From Azolla caroliniana (Eukaryota; Plantae; Polypodiophyta), in assembly GCA_043228905.1 (NCBI GenBank), contig JBHGNT010000006.1, forward strand, positions 6,200,001-6,264,000: a DNA stretch of 64,000 nucleotides. Direction: 5' to 3'. This document shows positions 62,773 through 64,000 of the stretch, in pieces (position 1 is the stretch's first letter; every line of letters begins with the position of its first letter). The notes below the pieces were generated by a model. The model was not told where the DNA came from. It saw only the letters and a program-made list of their open reading frames with translations, and made no database searches. The translations under genes and the position numbers were made by a program.

Positions 62773-64000
62773 TGAAAGGTTTAAGTGGTTGTAATATCGT
62801 AAGTGCCCTTCTCAAGATGTGAGAAGTTCTACGAAAAAGGAAAATAAGAAAAGCTTTTCTGCTCATGACACGCCCAATATGATTAATATCTATTTATCCT
62901 GTTAAAAATCAAATCCGCAAGAGAGTGACTTTACCTATAGCACTGTTGATCCCATGATATCAATATTGCTCTTTTTCTCCTTTGCAAAATTGAACACCTT
63001 CTCTTCTTCTTTGGTTTGGGGTTTAGGCGCATGCTAGATCTCAACAAGATTTAGAAAGGGTAGCAGCCAGACAACTGTGTAGGGCTCCTTTCCACGGAGG
63101 CAATGAGTTAATTTACTCGTGTTTCTACTATTCTAGAGCCCACATTCTTGACAATCAATGCAACTCATTGTTTGTCCCAATAAACAGGGTGGGTTTCAAA
63201 GTGTTGGGAATAGCTTGTGTTTGTCTTAAGCAACCAACATGTGTGTTACTATTAGATGTGTAGGTGGATAATGAAAGGTTGAAGTGGTTGTAATATCGTA
63301 AGTGCTCTTCTCAAGATGTGAGAAGTTCTACGAAAAAGGAAAATAAGAAAAGCTTTTCTGCTCATGACACGCCGAATATGATTAATTTCTATTTATCCTG
63401 CTAAAAATCAAATCCGCAAGGGAGTGACTTTTACCTATAGCACTGTTGATCCCATGATATCAATATTGCTCTTTTTCTCCTCTTGCAAAATTGAACACCT
63501 TCTCTTCTTCTTTGGTTTGGGGTTTAGGCGCATGCTAGATCTCAACAAGATTTAGAAAGGGTAGCAGCCAGACAACTGTGTAGGGCTCCTTTCCACGGAG
63601 GCAATGAGTTAATTTACTCGTGTTTCTACTATTCTAGAGCCCACATTCTTGACAATCAATGCAACTCATTGTTTGTCCCAATAAACAGGGTGGGTTTCAA
63701 AGTGTTGGGAATAGCTTGTGTTTGTCTTAAGCAACCAACATGTGTGTTACTATTAGATGTGTAGGTGGATAATGAAAGGTTGAAGTGGTTGTAATATCGT
63801 AAGTGCTCTTCTCAAGATGTGAGAAGTTCTACGAAAAAGGAAAATAAGAAAAGCTTTTCTGCTCATGACACGCCGAATATGATTAATTTCTATTTATCCT
63901 GCTAAAAATCAAATCCGCAAGGGAGTGACTTTTACCTATAGCACTGTTGATCCCATGATATCAATATTGCTCTTTTTCTCCTCTTGCAAAATTGAACACC
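62773..64000. repeat. ~500-bp near-identical tandem repeat (at least 2.4 copies, runs off the window) in a presumed NOP2 intron
   Basis: TGAAAGGTT.AAGTGGTTGTAATATCGTAAGTG restarts at 62773, 63272 and 63773. Confidence 0.95.

Overview
This is eukaryotic nuclear DNA from a land plant: GT-AG introns, a plastid transit peptide, GA/CA microsatellites and LTR retrotransposons. A fern or other seed-free vascular plant is my guess, not shown by the sequence. There are five host genes: the 5' part of an EF-hand protein resembling Ca2+-binding mitochondrial carriers (-, 624-3120); a 3-exon Ser-rich coiled-coil protein (-, 9352-12182); CDC73/PHP (+, 50139-51696); a plastid transketolase with two in-frame TGA stops (-, 53170-56565, probable young pseudogene); and the 5' part of NOP2-type rRNA m5C methyltransferase (+, from 58175). 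The stretch 19.6-48.6 kb is a retrotransposon island with three Ty1/copia elements and a 16.7-kb nest of a pol-less LTR family. That family has a tRNA-Trp primer site, 4-bp target duplications all starting AC, telobox-rich LTRs and repeated insertion into its own relatives. The other most unusual signals are a 16-unit tandem array built from a tRNA-like (Pol III A/B box) element with two convergent heads next to GA microsatellites, and a basic Pol C-terminal tail bracketed by a duplicated polypurine tract in two copia copies. All coordinates and counts were read by eye; no searches were run.
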